Origin: a candidate division NC10 bacterium CSP1-5
GTDB lineage: Bacteria; Methylomirabilota; Methylomirabilia; Methylomirabilales; CSP1-5
Assembly: GCA_001443495.1 (NCBI GenBank)
Contig: LDXR01000007.1
Coordinates: 51,398 to 115,397, forward strand
Direction of reading: 5' to 3'
DNA length: 64,000 bases
Both the position numbers and the translations under genes were made by a program. Within the stretch, counting starts at the first letter, position 1. Each line of letters opens with the position of its first letter. Below, in pieces: positions 45,321-55,148 of the stretch. The notes beneath the pieces were generated by a model. The model saw only the letters and a program-made list of their open reading frames with translations. It was not told where the DNA came from and made no database searches.

Positions 45321-46753
45321 GAGCTCAGCTCATCTGCAAGTATTGGACCGACGGCGCCGATCAAAAGCCCCACCTCGTCCTCGCGGACAGTTCGCATATC
45401 GAGGAGAACCTTTTCCCCTTTGATGCGCGCCACCACAGCCGGCTCTGCTTCCCTGAGCAGGGCCTCCAGTCGATGCGGGGACACCTCGGACCTCTGAAGC
45501 GCGACGCAATACGTGGGGAGGCCCTGGGCAGGAAGCGCCCCCCCTCCCACCTCAGACCACTGCTCCTCGACGGTCACGCGGACCGAGGGATGTGCCCGCG
45601 CCTGCAAGCCCGCGCGCACCCGCTCGGCGCGCTGCTCGATCTCGTGGAGCGGGCAGGCGATCATGGCCAGGGCGGGAATGGCACCGAGACCCTTCTCCCC
45701 TTCTAGGTAGGCCCGGAGGGTAGCCTCGAGGGCCGCGAGGGAGAGTTTGTCGATGCGCACCGCTCGCGCCAGCGGGTTTTTCCGGAGGCGCTCGATCATC
45801 AGCTTTTTCCCTACGATGAGCCCCGCCTGGGGCCCTCCGAGGAGCTTGTCTCCGCTGAACGCGATCAGATCCACCTCACTCCGAAGGGTCTCCTGGACGG
45901 TGGGCTCCCCCTTGAGGCCGAATGGGGCGAGATCGGCGATGGCGCCGCTGCCCATGTCGATCATCACCGGGAGGGCCCGGCGCCGGCCCAGCGCCACCAG
46001 GTCCGCGAGGGGGACGTCGCTGGTAAAGCCGAGAATCCGAAAGTTGCTGGGGTGCACCTTCAGGAGCAGGGCTGTCCTCTCCCCGATCGCATCTTCGTAG
46101 TCTTTGAGGCGGGTCCGGTTCGTGGTGCCCACCTCCCTGAGAACCGCCCCCGCCTTTCGCATGACGTCCGGGATTCGGAAGGAGTCTCCGATCTCGATCA
46201 ACTCCCCTCGGGAGACCACCACCTCGCGGCCTTCGGCGAGCGTATTGATGCTCAGCAGGACGGCGGCAGCGTTGTTGTTTACCGCAAGGGCCCCCTCGGC
46301 TCCCGTGAGGCGGGTGAGAAGGCCCTGTATATGCCCTTGCCGAGAGCCTCTGGCGCCTCTGGGGAGATCGAATTCTAAGGTCGAGTAGTGCTGCGCGACC
46401 TCGTGGAGGCGGGCCAGCGCCTCAGGAGACAGAGGGGCCCGGCCGAGGTTCGTATGGAGGATGACCCCGGTGGCGTTGATCACCCGGCGCAGGCTTGGGC
46501 GGGCCAGGTGCAGGGTCTTGCGGCACACCTGCGCGAGGAGTGTGGAAAGATCGGGGACGAAAGTCTCGATCCCCTCGCGGAGGAGGGCTAGAATCTTTTG
46601 TCGGCGCTCCTCGAGGGTCTCCCGGACCGCCTCGATCACCGTCCACCGGGGATACGCCTCGAGGAGTTTCTGGATGACCGGCTCCTGGAGGAGTTCGTCG
46701 ACCGACGGAATCTGGCGGAGGAGGAGGCCCGCCTGGTGCTCTGGAATAGCCAT
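45317..46753 (-). CDS. selA: L-seryl-tRNA(Sec) selenium transferase
   Basis: VINATGVILHTNLGRAPL, STLEFDLPRGARGSR, VNNNAAAVLL, VVSRGELIEIGDSFRIPDVM, VGTTNRT, KVHPSNF and FSGDKLLGGPQAG (PLP lysine) are present. Confidence 0.93.
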   Translation of the reverse strand: MAIPEHQAGLLLRQIPSVDELLQEPVIQKLLEAYPRWTVIEAVRETLEERRQKILALLREGIETFVPDLSTLLAQVCRKTLHLARPSLRRVINATGVILHTNLGRAPLSPEALARLHEVAQHYSTLEFDLPRGARGSRQGHIQGLLTRLTGAEGALAVNNNAAAVLLSINTLAEGREVVVSRGELIEIGDSFRIPDVMRKAGAVLREVGTTNRTRLKDYEDAIGERTALLLKVHPSNFRILGFTSDVPLADLVALGRRRALPVMIDMGSGAIADLAPFGLKGEPTVQETLRSEVDLIAFSGDKLLGGPQAGLIVGKKLMIERLRKNPLARAVRIDKLSLAALEATLRAYLEGEKGLGAIPALAMIACPLHEIEQRAERVRAGLQARAHPSVRVTVEEQWSEVGGGALPAQGLPTYCVALQRSEVSPHRLEALLREAEPAVVARIKGEKVLLDMRTVREDEVGLLIGAVGPILADELSS

Positions 46754-46821
46754 GTGCGGCCTCGTGTGCTCTTTGTATCATACCCTCCGAGCCCCGCGCA
46801 ACGCAAATTGGCGCGGGGACC

Positions 46822-46849
46822 GGAAAACCAAAAGCCACCCGGAGGTGGC
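46822..46849 (-). terminator. Rho-independent terminator (minus strand)
   Basis: The minus strand forms GCCACC-UCCG-GGUGGC followed by UUUUGGUUUUCC. Confidence 0.6.
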
Positions 46850-46988
46850 TCTTGGTCGGTGCTTCTTCCGCCTAGCGCCGTTCCAACTTTTCTCACCCAA
46901 TACACGGGTGTGCGATGCCAAGGCCCAAGCCTGCTGGCCGCCTTGGCCCGTTCCCTGGCTGGAACGGGCGCAATAACCTGGAACGGCA

Positions 46989-47291
46989 CTAGGAGAGTTC
47001 GTGGACCGCCCCTGCCCGTCTGGCCTGATAGCACGGCTTGCAATAGACCGGGCGGTCCGGCATAGGTCTGAAAGGGACGGTCGTCCGTTGGCCACACTGG
47101 GAGCAGACCGCTTCGAAGATCTCCCTGGGACCGGCGCTGACCCCGCCCCCCTTTCTCATCGCCTTACAACTCTTGCACCGTTTGGGTTCGTTGGTGAATC
47201 CCTTCTGGGCGAAGAACTCCTGCTCACCCGCCGTAAAGGCGAATTCTTTGCCGCAATCTACACATACCAAAATCTTATCTTGCAAGGCCAT
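46989..47291 (-). CDS. CxxC-x17-CxxC zinc-ribbon protein
   Basis: ILVCVDCGKEFAFTAGEQEFFAQKGFTNEPKRCKSC and ...AVCSQCGQRTTVPFRPMPDRPVYCKPC are present. I chose ATG 47291. Confidence 0.75.
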   Translation of the reverse strand: MALQDKILVCVDCGKEFAFTAGEQEFFAQKGFTNEPKRCKSCKAMRKGGGVSAGPREIFEAVCSQCGQRTTVPFRPMPDRPVYCKPCYQARRAGAVHELS

Positions 47292-47378
47292 GGGTTTCCT
47301 CCTCGATAGGCATCCATCGTCCTGGTCCTTCGAGCCCTGCGAAACCTTCAAGGTCCCATCCACCCCTCCTTTGTCTGC

Positions 47379-48524
47379 TCACCTTCGAACCCCCAAGCGG
47401 GGAAAGACCAGCTCCTGAACGCGGCCCACCTGGGTTCGTGCATAGTGCCATGCCTCCTCCTTCCGCGGCCCTTCGGTCCGGTACGGGGCGTCGGCGAGGG
47501 AGGTCTCTGTGCATCCCTCGGCCCGAAACTGGGGGAGAAAGGCGGCCGGAAGTTCGGGACCGACCTCGATTCCCGCCATGAGGGCCCAGACCGCAGTCCA
47601 GGCGCGGGGAACGTTCCCCAGGTGGTAGCCTCCACCTCCGAGGGCGAGCCAGCGGGGGGCACTCTCGGCGAGGATCGCGACGGCCCTGAGGAAGCCCTGC
47701 ATCGTCAGTCGCAGATGGGACAAGGGGTCACTCCGGTGGGCGTCGATCCCCAACTGGGTGACGACCACATCCGGACGAAACGTCTCGAGAAGAGGAGGGA
47801 CGGTCTCCTCGAATGCCCAGATGAAGATCTCGTCATCGGTCTCGGGGGCGAGGGGCACATTGACCGAAAATCCCTCGCCCTTCCCGGTCCCGATCTCCTC
47901 CGGGAAGCCGGTGCCAGGAAAGAGGGTGAGACCGGTCTCATGCAGCGAGATGGTCAGCACCTGATCCGTGTCGTAGAAGGCGTCTTGGACTCCGTCTCCA
48001 TGGTGCGCATCGATGTCCACATAGGCTACCCGCAGCCCGTGGTCGATCAACAAGCGGATGGCCACGGCGGCGTCGTTGATATAGCAGAAGCCCGAGGCGC
48101 GACCGGATGCGGCGTGGTGGAGGCCTCCCGCGATGTTGAAGGCGCGCGGGGTCTCGCCGGCCGCGAGCAGCCGGGCCGCTTCGAGCGACGCCCCGGTAAG
48201 GAGGGTGGACCAGGCGTACACGCCCTCAAAGATGGGATTATCGCTGGTGCCGAGGCCGAAGTGCCAGGAGCGGGGGACCGAGACCCCTGCACTCGCCGCC
48301 CGGAGGACGTCCAGGTACTCTTTCGTGTGGATGCGGCGGAGCTCATCTTCGGTGGCGGTCGGGACGTCGGCCAATCGGGTATGGGCAGAATGAAAGAGGC
48401 CGTAGGCGTGGATGAGATCATGGGTGTGCGTCAGGCGGCGGATCTTCATGGGGTGGCTGGGACCGTAGTCAAACTCCCGGTACTTCTGGGTGTAGAAGAA
48501 AACGGCCTGGGTCGCGTTGGTCAT
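47379..48524 (-). CDS. Histone deacetylase-family (AcuC/Hda-type) deacetylase
   Basis: GGLHHAASGRASGFCYINDAAVA and ...VDIDAHHGDGVQDAF are present. Confidence 0.85.
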   Translation of the reverse strand: MTNATQAVFFYTQKYREFDYGPSHPMKIRRLTHTHDLIHAYGLFHSAHTRLADVPTATEDELRRIHTKEYLDVLRAASAGVSVPRSWHFGLGTSDNPIFEGVYAWSTLLTGASLEAARLLAAGETPRAFNIAGGLHHAASGRASGFCYINDAAVAIRLLIDHGLRVAYVDIDAHHGDGVQDAFYDTDQVLTISLHETGLTLFPGTGFPEEIGTGKGEGFSVNVPLAPETDDEIFIWAFEETVPPLLETFRPDVVVTQLGIDAHRSDPLSHLRLTMQGFLRAVAILAESAPRWLALGGGGYHLGNVPRAWTAVWALMAGIEVGPELPAAFLPQFRAEGCTETSLADAPYRTEGPRKEEAWHYARTQVGRVQELVFPRLGVRR

Positions 48525-48567
48525 CTCCGGTTGCCTTCTGGAGCGAGGAACCTTAACGCACAGAGGG

Positions 48568-49056
48568 TCAATCCTTTTCGCCCGGGCGGCGATACGTGCC
48601 ACTCCTTCCCCCACGCTTGGAAACGAGTCGGATATTCTCGATGGTCATCTCTTTGTCTCGAGCCTTGCACATGTCATAGATCGTGAGGGCTGCCACCGAG
48701 ACGGCCGTGAGCGCCTCCATTTCGGCTCCGGTCTTGCCATGCACCTTCACCCGGGACTCGATCTCGATCGTTCCCCGGTCTGCGTCGGGGCTAAAGGTGA
48801 CCTCGGCGGAGGTGATCAGGAGGGGATGGCAGAGTGGGATGAGGCGATCGACTCCCTTGGCGGCCATGATCCCGGCCACGCGGGCCACAGCCAACACATC
48901 CCCCTTGGGGATCGATTTGTCGAGAATCATCCGAAGGGTTTCAGGTTTTAGACGGATGGTGCCTCGGGCCGTCGCGTCTCGGGTGGCGTCAGCCTTTTCG
49001 CTGATATCCACCATCCGGGCTCTGCCCAGGGGATCCAGATGGGATAACGGTTGCAT
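48568..49056 (-). CDS. moaC: Cyclic pyranopterin monophosphate synthase
   Basis: LSHLDPLGRARMVDISEK, ...KGDVLAVARVAGIMAAK and ...IPLCHPL are present. Confidence 0.95.
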   Translation of the reverse strand: MQPLSHLDPLGRARMVDISEKADATRDATARGTIRLKPETLRMILDKSIPKGDVLAVARVAGIMAAKGVDRLIPLCHPLLITSAEVTFSPDADRGTIEIESRVKVHGKTGAEMEALTAVSVAALTIYDMCKARDKEMTIENIRLVSKRGGRSGTYRRPGEKD

Positions 49057-49282
49057 CTTGGGCCTGCGTATGACGCCGCATGATGGCGTACATTTCGTCC
49101 TTGATCTTGAGTTTGAGTTTCTGCAGCTCTTTGCGCTTGCGCTCTTGATCGCTGGTCAGGTAATAGATCCGATCGAACTCCATGATCTTGCGATCAAACT
49201 CTCTATGCTTTTCGGCGAGGCGGCGGAATTCGGTATCTTCCTCCTTCAGCCGCGCAAAGAGCTGCGCCTCGGTTTCATTCAT
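48989..49282 (-). CDS. DUF465 (YdcH-like) coiled-coil protein
   Basis: LKEEDTEFRRLAEKHREFDRKI and ...QKLKLKIKDEMYAIM are present. The 3' tail overlaps the moaC start by 68 nt in another frame. Confidence 0.7.
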   Translation of the reverse strand: MNETEAQLFARLKEEDTEFRRLAEKHREFDRKIMEFDRIYYLTSDQERKRKELQKLKLKIKDEMYAIMRRHTQAQDATVIPSGSPGQSPDGGYQRKG

Positions 49283-49492
49283 ATGTAACCTCCTTTCGCA
49301 GAGCAGAGATTCTTCCCGGTAAGGGCAAGCGCTTTTGGATAGAGGGGGACGAAGGCTGGGTGGGCACGTAGACCCTGCATCGGCAGGCTAAAGCGTCCGA
49401 CCTGAGTCATATCCCCTACGGCGTGTGTCACGTACAGACCAGGGCAGTAGGCTAGTGAAAACCGCCGGGAAAGTCAAGAAGAAAAATGGGGG

Positions 49493-50488
49493 TTAGAGGG
49501 GTTTGACCGCCGTACTCTTGAATGTGATGTAAACCCGGGCGCCGATGGCAAGGCCAAGCTCCTGGAACGACTGCTGCGTCACGCGGACGGTGAAGGGCTC
49601 CCCCGCCTCCACGGCGACGTCGAGCACCCCTTCTGCGTGTTCTTCAATCCGGGTCACGCGTCCTTTAAACGCGTTACGGGCGCTCGACTGGAGCGGCTCC
49701 TGGGAGAGCAGGATCTCATCGGGACCGATGGAGATATGCCCGGTCGTGGACAAGCCGGGAGGGACGGCGATGCGCACCTTGCCGGTGTCGAACAAGGCGG
49801 TCTCCCCATTGGTGAGGAGCCGCCCGGTAAAGAGGTTTTCGTACGGGGACGGCGAGGGGCGGCCATCTCTCAGGACCACGACGTCGCGGGCCAGCCGGTG
49901 GGCCAGGCGCCCGTCATGGGTACTGAATATCAGGGTCTGTCCCCGTTCCTCCCTCGCTCGGAATACCTCCTCCAACGCCTTGGCCGTTATCTGATCCACG
50001 TTGGCAAGGGGTTCGTCGAGGAGAAGGACCTCCGGGTCCAGGACTAACGCCCTGGCAATGGCCACCCGCTTTTCTTCGCCCCCCGAAAGCTCTCGAGCCC
50101 TCCGCTTCTGAATATCGGCGCACCCCACCAGGGTCAAGGCTTGCCCAACCCGTTGCTGAATCTCCGCCCGAGGGACGCCGCGAGCTCTGAGGCCGAAAGC
50201 GACGTTCTCCAGCACCGTCGTGTCAAAAAGGAGGGGGTTCTGGTGAAGCAGGCAGACCTTTTGGCGATGGCGCGCGAGATGCTCCGAAGTTATCGGCTCG
50301 CCCTCGTAGGTCACCGTGCCGCGGACGGGATCCATCAGTCCTGCAAGCACTCTGAGAAGCGTGGTCTTCCCCGCCCCATTGGGACCCATGACGGCGGTGC
50401 TTGAGCCTGCCCTGATAGCGAGGCTCTCGATCGACAGCGCCATTCGGGCACCGTATCTCACTTCGATGTTGCGGAGCATGAAGGGCAT
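49493..50488 (-). CDS. tupC: Tungstate/molybdate-type ABC transporter ATP-binding protein with a C-terminal TOBE/Mop domain
   Basis: Walker A is GPNGAGKTT, the signature is LSGGEEKRVAIARA and Walker B is LLLDEP. The C-terminus is TOBE-like. Confidence 0.8.
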   Translation of the reverse strand: MPFMLRNIEVRYGARMALSIESLAIRAGSSTAVMGPNGAGKTTLLRVLAGLMDPVRGTVTYEGEPITSEHLARHRQKVCLLHQNPLLFDTTVLENVAFGLRARGVPRAEIQQRVGQALTLVGCADIQKRRARELSGGEEKRVAIARALVLDPEVLLLDEPLANVDQITAKALEEVFRAREERGQTLIFSTHDGRLAHRLARDVVVLRDGRPSPSPYENLFTGRLLTNGETALFDTGKVRIAVPPGLSTTGHISIGPDEILLSQEPLQSSARNAFKGRVTRIEEHAEGVLDVAVEAGEPFTVRVTQQSFQELGLAIGARVYITFKSTAVKPL

Positions 50489-50497
50489 GAGGGACGC

Positions 50498-51187
50498 CTA
50501 TCGTCTCCGGACTAGCAGCCTAACGACAACGTTGGTCACGAGGGAAAAAAGGATGAGGATCACGCCGAGGGCGATGGCAAAGGCGAACTCGCCTTTCCCC
50601 GTCTCCAAGACTATCGCGGTGGCCAAGGTCCGGGTGTATCCCCGGATGTTCCCGCCGACCATGAGGGCGGATCCCACTTCCGCCACCACTCGGGCGAAGC
50701 CGGCCAGGACCGCGGCGGCGACCGCGTATCGGGCCTCCAGGATCACCATGAGCGCGGCTCGCGGGCGGGAGGCTCCCAGGGTGAGTCCGGTCTCCCGAAC
50801 CCTTGGATCCACGCCCGTGAGGGCGGCGACGGCCAGGGCGATCACAATGGGGATGGCGAGGATGAACTCGCCGATGACAATAGCGGTCGGGGTGAAGAGG
50901 AGTTGGAGATCACCGAGCGGGCCTTGGCGAGAGAGGAAGGCGAAGACCGAGAGCCCCACCACCACGGTGGGCAGGGCCATCAGAGTGTTGATCAGGGTGA
51001 TCAGGCCCTCCTTGCCTCGGAAGTTTCCCTCCACGAGGAGGACCGCGCAGGGGATCCCAGCGGCCGAGGCCAGAAGGGTCGCGCCGAGGGACACCTGAAG
51101 AGTGAGCCAGGTGATCTGATACACCTCGGGGTTAAGGGTGGCGATGAGGGTGCCCGCTTGCAGCAGACCTTCCAGTAGAAAATCCAT
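50498..51187 (-). CDS. tupB: Tungstate ABC transporter permease
   Basis: This is an ABC permease with about 5 TM segments. ATG 51187 lies 7 nt after the tupA stop. Confidence 0.8.
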   Translation of the reverse strand: MDFLLEGLLQAGTLIATLNPEVYQITWLTLQVSLGATLLASAAGIPCAVLLVEGNFRGKEGLITLINTLMALPTVVVGLSVFAFLSRQGPLGDLQLLFTPTAIVIGEFILAIPIVIALAVAALTGVDPRVRETGLTLGASRPRAALMVILEARYAVAAAVLAGFARVVAEVGSALMVGGNIRGYTRTLATAIVLETGKGEFAFAIALGVILILFSLVTNVVVRLLVRRR

Positions 51188-51194
51188 GGCCGCC

Positions 51195-52004
51195 TCACGG
51201 TTTCGGAATGGCCGTCGGAATGAAAAGGGGTTGGCCAAATTCCTTTGTCCCGAAATTGGCGATGATCTTTTGACCTTCAGGCGAGGTGAGCCAGCCGATC
51301 AAGAGCATTGCCCCGAGGTAGTTGACGTGCGCGTGTCTGGCCGGGTTGACGGCGATGACATGATAGGGATTGAAGAGGACGGGATCCCCCTCCATGAGAA
51401 TCGGCAGGTCGAGCTTCTGTCGAAAGGCCAGATAGGTCCCCCGATCCGTGAGGGTGTAAGCCCGCTTCTGGTCAGCGATGACCAGTATCGCTCCCATCCC
51501 GCGCCCCGCCTCGAGGTACCAGGGAAGCGACGGGGTCAACCTCGCCTTCTCCCACAGACTCAGCTCCTTCGCGTGCGTTCCGGACCGGTCTCCCCGCGAG
51601 ATGAAGAGGGCCTTCGTTTCCGCAATTCGTTGAAAGGCCTGCTGAGCTTCTGAAGCCCCTTTGATCCCCGCTGGATCATGGGCAGGGCCCACGATGACAA
51701 AATCGTTATACATGACGGGGCGGCGGTTGACTCCAAAGCCCTGCTTCACAAACTCCTCTTCGAGCTCCGGCGCATGCACCAGCGCAACATCTACATCCCC
51801 CCGCTCGGCCAGTTTCAGGGCCTTTCCCGTCCCCACCGGGATCACGTCCACCTGAAGCCGAGATCGTGTCTCGAAGGGGGGGATCAGGACGGCCAGGAGG
51901 CCGGAGTTTTCGGTGCTGGTCGTCGTCGAGAGGCGCAGTCGCCCCTCGGCCGCCTCTGCTGGAAAGCTCGCGACGAGAAGGAGGGCGAGGATCGCGTAAA
52001 TCAT
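51195..52004 (-). CDS. tupA: Tungstate ABC transporter substrate-binding protein
   Basis: A signal peptide is present. TTTSTENSGLL is, as I recall, the TupA anion-binding signature. ...RGDRSGTH... is also present. Confidence 0.85.
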   Translation of the reverse strand: MIYAILALLLVASFPAEAAEGRLRLSTTTSTENSGLLAVLIPPFETRSRLQVDVIPVGTGKALKLAERGDVDVALVHAPELEEEFVKQGFGVNRRPVMYNDFVIVGPAHDPAGIKGASEAQQAFQRIAETKALFISRGDRSGTHAKELSLWEKARLTPSLPWYLEAGRGMGAILVIADQKRAYTLTDRGTYLAFRQKLDLPILMEGDPVLFNPYHVIAVNPARHAHVNYLGAMLLIGWLTSPEGQKIIANFGTKEFGQPLFIPTAIPKP

Positions 52005-52924
52005 ACGGTCTCCGCTCGAGGCGAAGGATCGGTGGCGAGGATGCGGCCGGATTCGGTCGTATCGTAGCCACCCAGTGCGTCCACCCGGGTCCGGAATTCT
52101 CGCGAGCCGGCAACCTCCAAGAGGACCTGGATGCCGCGGGAGAAGAAACGCTCCTTCGGCACCAGGATGTCGAAGCGCTCCCTGGTGAGGGGGATAAACT
52201 CGAGGTCGAGGAGGCGCGCGGCGGCGTGTGTCGCGAGCCCGGCATCACCCTCTCCTCGGAGTATCTTCAACCCCACCGCGAGGTGGGTAGGGACCGCCAC
52301 CTGGTATCCGGTGATCTGTTCGGGGTCGATGCCGAGCCGCGCCAGCTCTTGGTCGACGAAAATGCGGGTTCCCGATCCGTCTTGGCGGTTGACGAACCGG
52401 AGGCCGCCGCGGGTCAGATCGGCCACCGACCGAAGCCTAAAGGGGTTTCCGGGCCGCGTGACGAGGCCCAGCTCCCGGTGGAATAGGGGGACGACTGCAG
52501 CGCCGGAGGGAATGGTGCTCCCAAGGTATGGGAGGTTGTATTCACCGGTCTCTGGGTGGCGCACATGGGCCAGGGCAAGATCTGCGACGCCGTCTCGAAG
52601 GGCGACGAGGCCGGCGCTACTGCCGACCGTGGCGAGGAAAAAGGAGGGGCAAGCCCGCCGCCTGGCGTAGAGCTCTGTCAGGATGCCAAGACTCGGGTCG
52701 TCGCTGCCGGCCGCCAGCAGGAAGGGCCGTTCCTCTTCCTTTCGCCGCCACCCTGGACCCTTCGCACTGTCCTCGATCCACTGGTCGATGAGCGCCTTCG
52801 GAAAGATCCATTTCCCGGTCACCCGGGTACACGGGATTCTGCCAGCTTTGGCCAGATAGTAGACCTTCTTCTCGTGGATCCCGAGATAGGCAGCAACTTC
52901 TTTGGTGTTCATGAGTTCGGTCAT
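52001..52924 (-). CDS. HTH (excisionase/MerR-like) + periplasmic-binding-protein-like domain regulator
   Basis: The HTH is MNTKEVAAYLGIHEKKVYYLAKAGRIPCTRV. A PBP-like domain follows. ATG 52924 is preceded by GGAGGGGAG, and the stop overlaps the tupA start as ATGA. Confidence 0.75.
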   Translation of the reverse strand: MTELMNTKEVAAYLGIHEKKVYYLAKAGRIPCTRVTGKWIFPKALIDQWIEDSAKGPGWRRKEEERPFLLAAGSDDPSLGILTELYARRRACPSFFLATVGSSAGLVALRDGVADLALAHVRHPETGEYNLPYLGSTIPSGAAVVPLFHRELGLVTRPGNPFRLRSVADLTRGGLRFVNRQDGSGTRIFVDQELARLGIDPEQITGYQVAVPTHLAVGLKILRGEGDAGLATHAAARLLDLEFIPLTRERFDILVPKERFFSRGIQVLLEVAGSREFRTRVDALGGYDTTESGRILATDPSPRAETV

Positions 52925-53190
52925 CTTTCTCCCCTCCGGTGATCGAGATTTATGCCTAATTTGGAAAAAAGTCAATAAACATTACTAATAATTACAAATT
53001 ATTCCACAAAATTCCATTATGGATCAGAACCCATATCCCTGAGCTATGGGGAGGCCACCCCCCCAGAATCCCGCTGGTAGTCGATAGTCCATTTGAGAGC
53101 CCACAGGCATTGTTCAGCGATTCCCGATGTGGTATACCGAGCCTGCTTCGTGCGTTGGGGATCGGCCAACGAGAGAGGCGGAAGGGCGAC

Positions 53191-54372
53191 ATGACCATGC
53201 AGGATTTCTTCGGTCGCGAACTCGAGCGCTTGAAGCGCAAGGACTCTTACCGGTGGCTCCGGGCCATGGAGGGGCCGCCTGAGGCGCGGATGCGGGTCGA
53301 TGGCCGCGAGGTGATCGTCCTCTGTAGCAGTAACTACCTGGGTCTGGCGACCCACCCGCGGTTGAAGGCGGCCGCGATCGAGGCCACCGAGCGCCTCGGC
53401 GTTTGCTCCGCCGCTTCTCGACTCATCGCCGGCAATAATGAGCTCTACCGCATCCTGGAAGAGCGATTGGCCGTTTTCAAGAGGCGTGAGGCCGCGCTCG
53501 TCTTCAGCACCGGCTACATGGCGAACCTGGGGGTCATCTCGGCGGTGGTGGGCGACGGGGACGTGGTCTATACCGACGCGCTGAGTCACGCAAGCATCGT
53601 CGACGGCTGCCGCTTGAGCCGGGCGACGGTGAAGATCTTTCCCCACAATGACGTCGATGCCCTGGAAGACCTATTGAAGTCAGACACCGGGTTTCGGCGG
53701 AGGCTCATCGCGGTTGACGGGGTCTACAGCATGGACGGAGATCTGACACCCCTTCCCGATCTCGTCAAGTTGTCCAAAGATTACGACGCACTGCTCATGC
53801 TTGATGATGCGCACGGGACCGGAATCCTGGGCGAGCGGGGAGGGGGCACGGCGGAGCACTTCGGTCTGGACGATCCCGATGCGGTCGATATCGAGATCGG
53901 CACCCTGGGCAAGGCGTTGGGGAGCTTCGGGGCCTATGTCGTGGGCAGCCGGAGCCTGCGGGAATATCTCATCAATCGATCGCGGAGTTTTATCTTTACC
54001 TGTGCCCTGGCCCCGTCGGCCCTGGCCGCCGCCCTCGCCACCCTGGACGTCCTGGATGAGGAGCCGGCGCATCGGCAGAGGCTCTGGGAAAACCTCCGTC
54101 ATTTCCGAGAAGGTCTGCACCGTCTGGGCCTCTCCACAGAGCCCAGTGCGACCCATATCCTTCCCGTCATGACCTATGACCGGCAGCGGACGATGGCGCT
54201 CTGCGAGCGGCTGCTGGAGCTTGGCGTCTTCTGCCAGGGGATCCGGCCCCCGACCGTCCCTCCCGGGACCAGCCGGCTCCGCTTCACCGTCACCGCCGCG
54301 CACACGCGGGCCGATCTGGACCGGGCGCTCGAGGCCGTTGAAAAAGCCTTCCGCGAGTTCGCCCCCCTCTGA
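53191..54372 (+). CDS. bioF: 8-amino-7-oxononanoate synthase
   Basis: NYLGLATHP, ...FSTGYMAN..., ...DDAHGTG... and ...GTLGKALG (PLP lysine) are present. Confidence 0.93.
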   Translation: MTMQDFFGRELERLKRKDSYRWLRAMEGPPEARMRVDGREVIVLCSSNYLGLATHPRLKAAAIEATERLGVCSAASRLIAGNNELYRILEERLAVFKRREAALVFSTGYMANLGVISAVVGDGDVVYTDALSHASIVDGCRLSRATVKIFPHNDVDALEDLLKSDTGFRRRLIAVDGVYSMDGDLTPLPDLVKLSKDYDALLMLDDAHGTGILGERGGGTAEHFGLDDPDAVDIEIGTLGKALGSFGAYVVGSRSLREYLINRSRSFIFTCALAPSALAAALATLDVLDEEPAHRQRLWENLRHFREGLHRLGLSTEPSATHILPVMTYDRQRTMALCERLLELGVFCQGIRPPTVPPGTSRLRFTVTAAHTRADLDRALEAVEKAFREFAPL

Positions 54373-54471
54373 GCGGTCGTTGTTGGCCGGCCTCGCAAGC
54401 ACATCCGCGCAGGGCGGGGACTCATTCGCGCAGAGACTCTGAACGGGAGTTCGTGCGAGGGGGAACGTGCA

Positions 54472-54933
54472 ATGCTCAGTCAATCCACTAGGTGGCGATT
54501 GACGACGCAACTCGAATGCCTTCAAGTCGTACTGGGCGGGAGGGATGCTGCGGTGATCAACCGGCGTCCGGCATCAGGCAAGTGGTCGGCCCACGAGAAT
54601 CTCGCGCACCTCGCTCGGATTCACGAAATCTATCTCGAGCGAATTCGCCGGATCCTGAGCGAGGAGCGGCCACAGCTTCCCCGGTACACAGCCGAGGATG
54701 ACCCGGAGTGGCCGCAGTGGGTGAGGATGTCAACCGAGGAGGTCGTGCAGCGGCTGATGGCGCTACGAGATGAGCTCGTCCGGGTCGTCACACCGCTCTC
54801 CCTGGACCGCCTCAACCGGATCGGTGTCCATTCCGCGCTCGGTGGCATGACGATTCCGGAGTGGATCGAGTTCTTCCTGCTACACGAGGCGCATCATCTC
54901 TACGCTGCGATGCAGCGCGCTCGCGACGGATAG
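54472..54933 (+). CDS. DinB-family protein
   Basis: [16 protein letters not shown] and ...[15 protein letters not shown] are present. Confidence 0.8.
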   Translation: MLSQSTRWRLTTQLECLQVVLGGRDAAVINRRPASGKWSAHENLAHLARIHEIYLERIRRILSEERPQLPRYTAEDDPEWPQWVRMSTEEVVQRLMALRDELVRVVTPLSLDRLNRIGVHSALGGMTIPEWIEFFLLHEAHHLYAAMQRARDG

Positions 54934-55148
54934 ACCGTCGGGGGTTTGTGCCTAGAACTGGAGCGTGCCCCGCGCCCGCAACTCAGAGGGGCGAAGGCTG
55001 TGATAGACGAAGGCAATACGCATCGCGGATCTCCTGGCAAGTGACTCCAAAGCCCTGAAACCATCACGCCCCACTGTTCGTCTATTATACGTCAAGGTGA
55101 GTTACGTCGGATTCCAGCAGTGCCTCAGGCACCAGGGGGATGTGAACC

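Noticed and set aside
49283-49492. A possible Moco riboswitch or other leader upstream of DUF465-moaC.
   Set aside because: I found only a plausible promoter (TTGACT-17-TAGCCT on the minus strand). I could not recognise the conserved Moco-motif helices. This needs a covariance-model scan.
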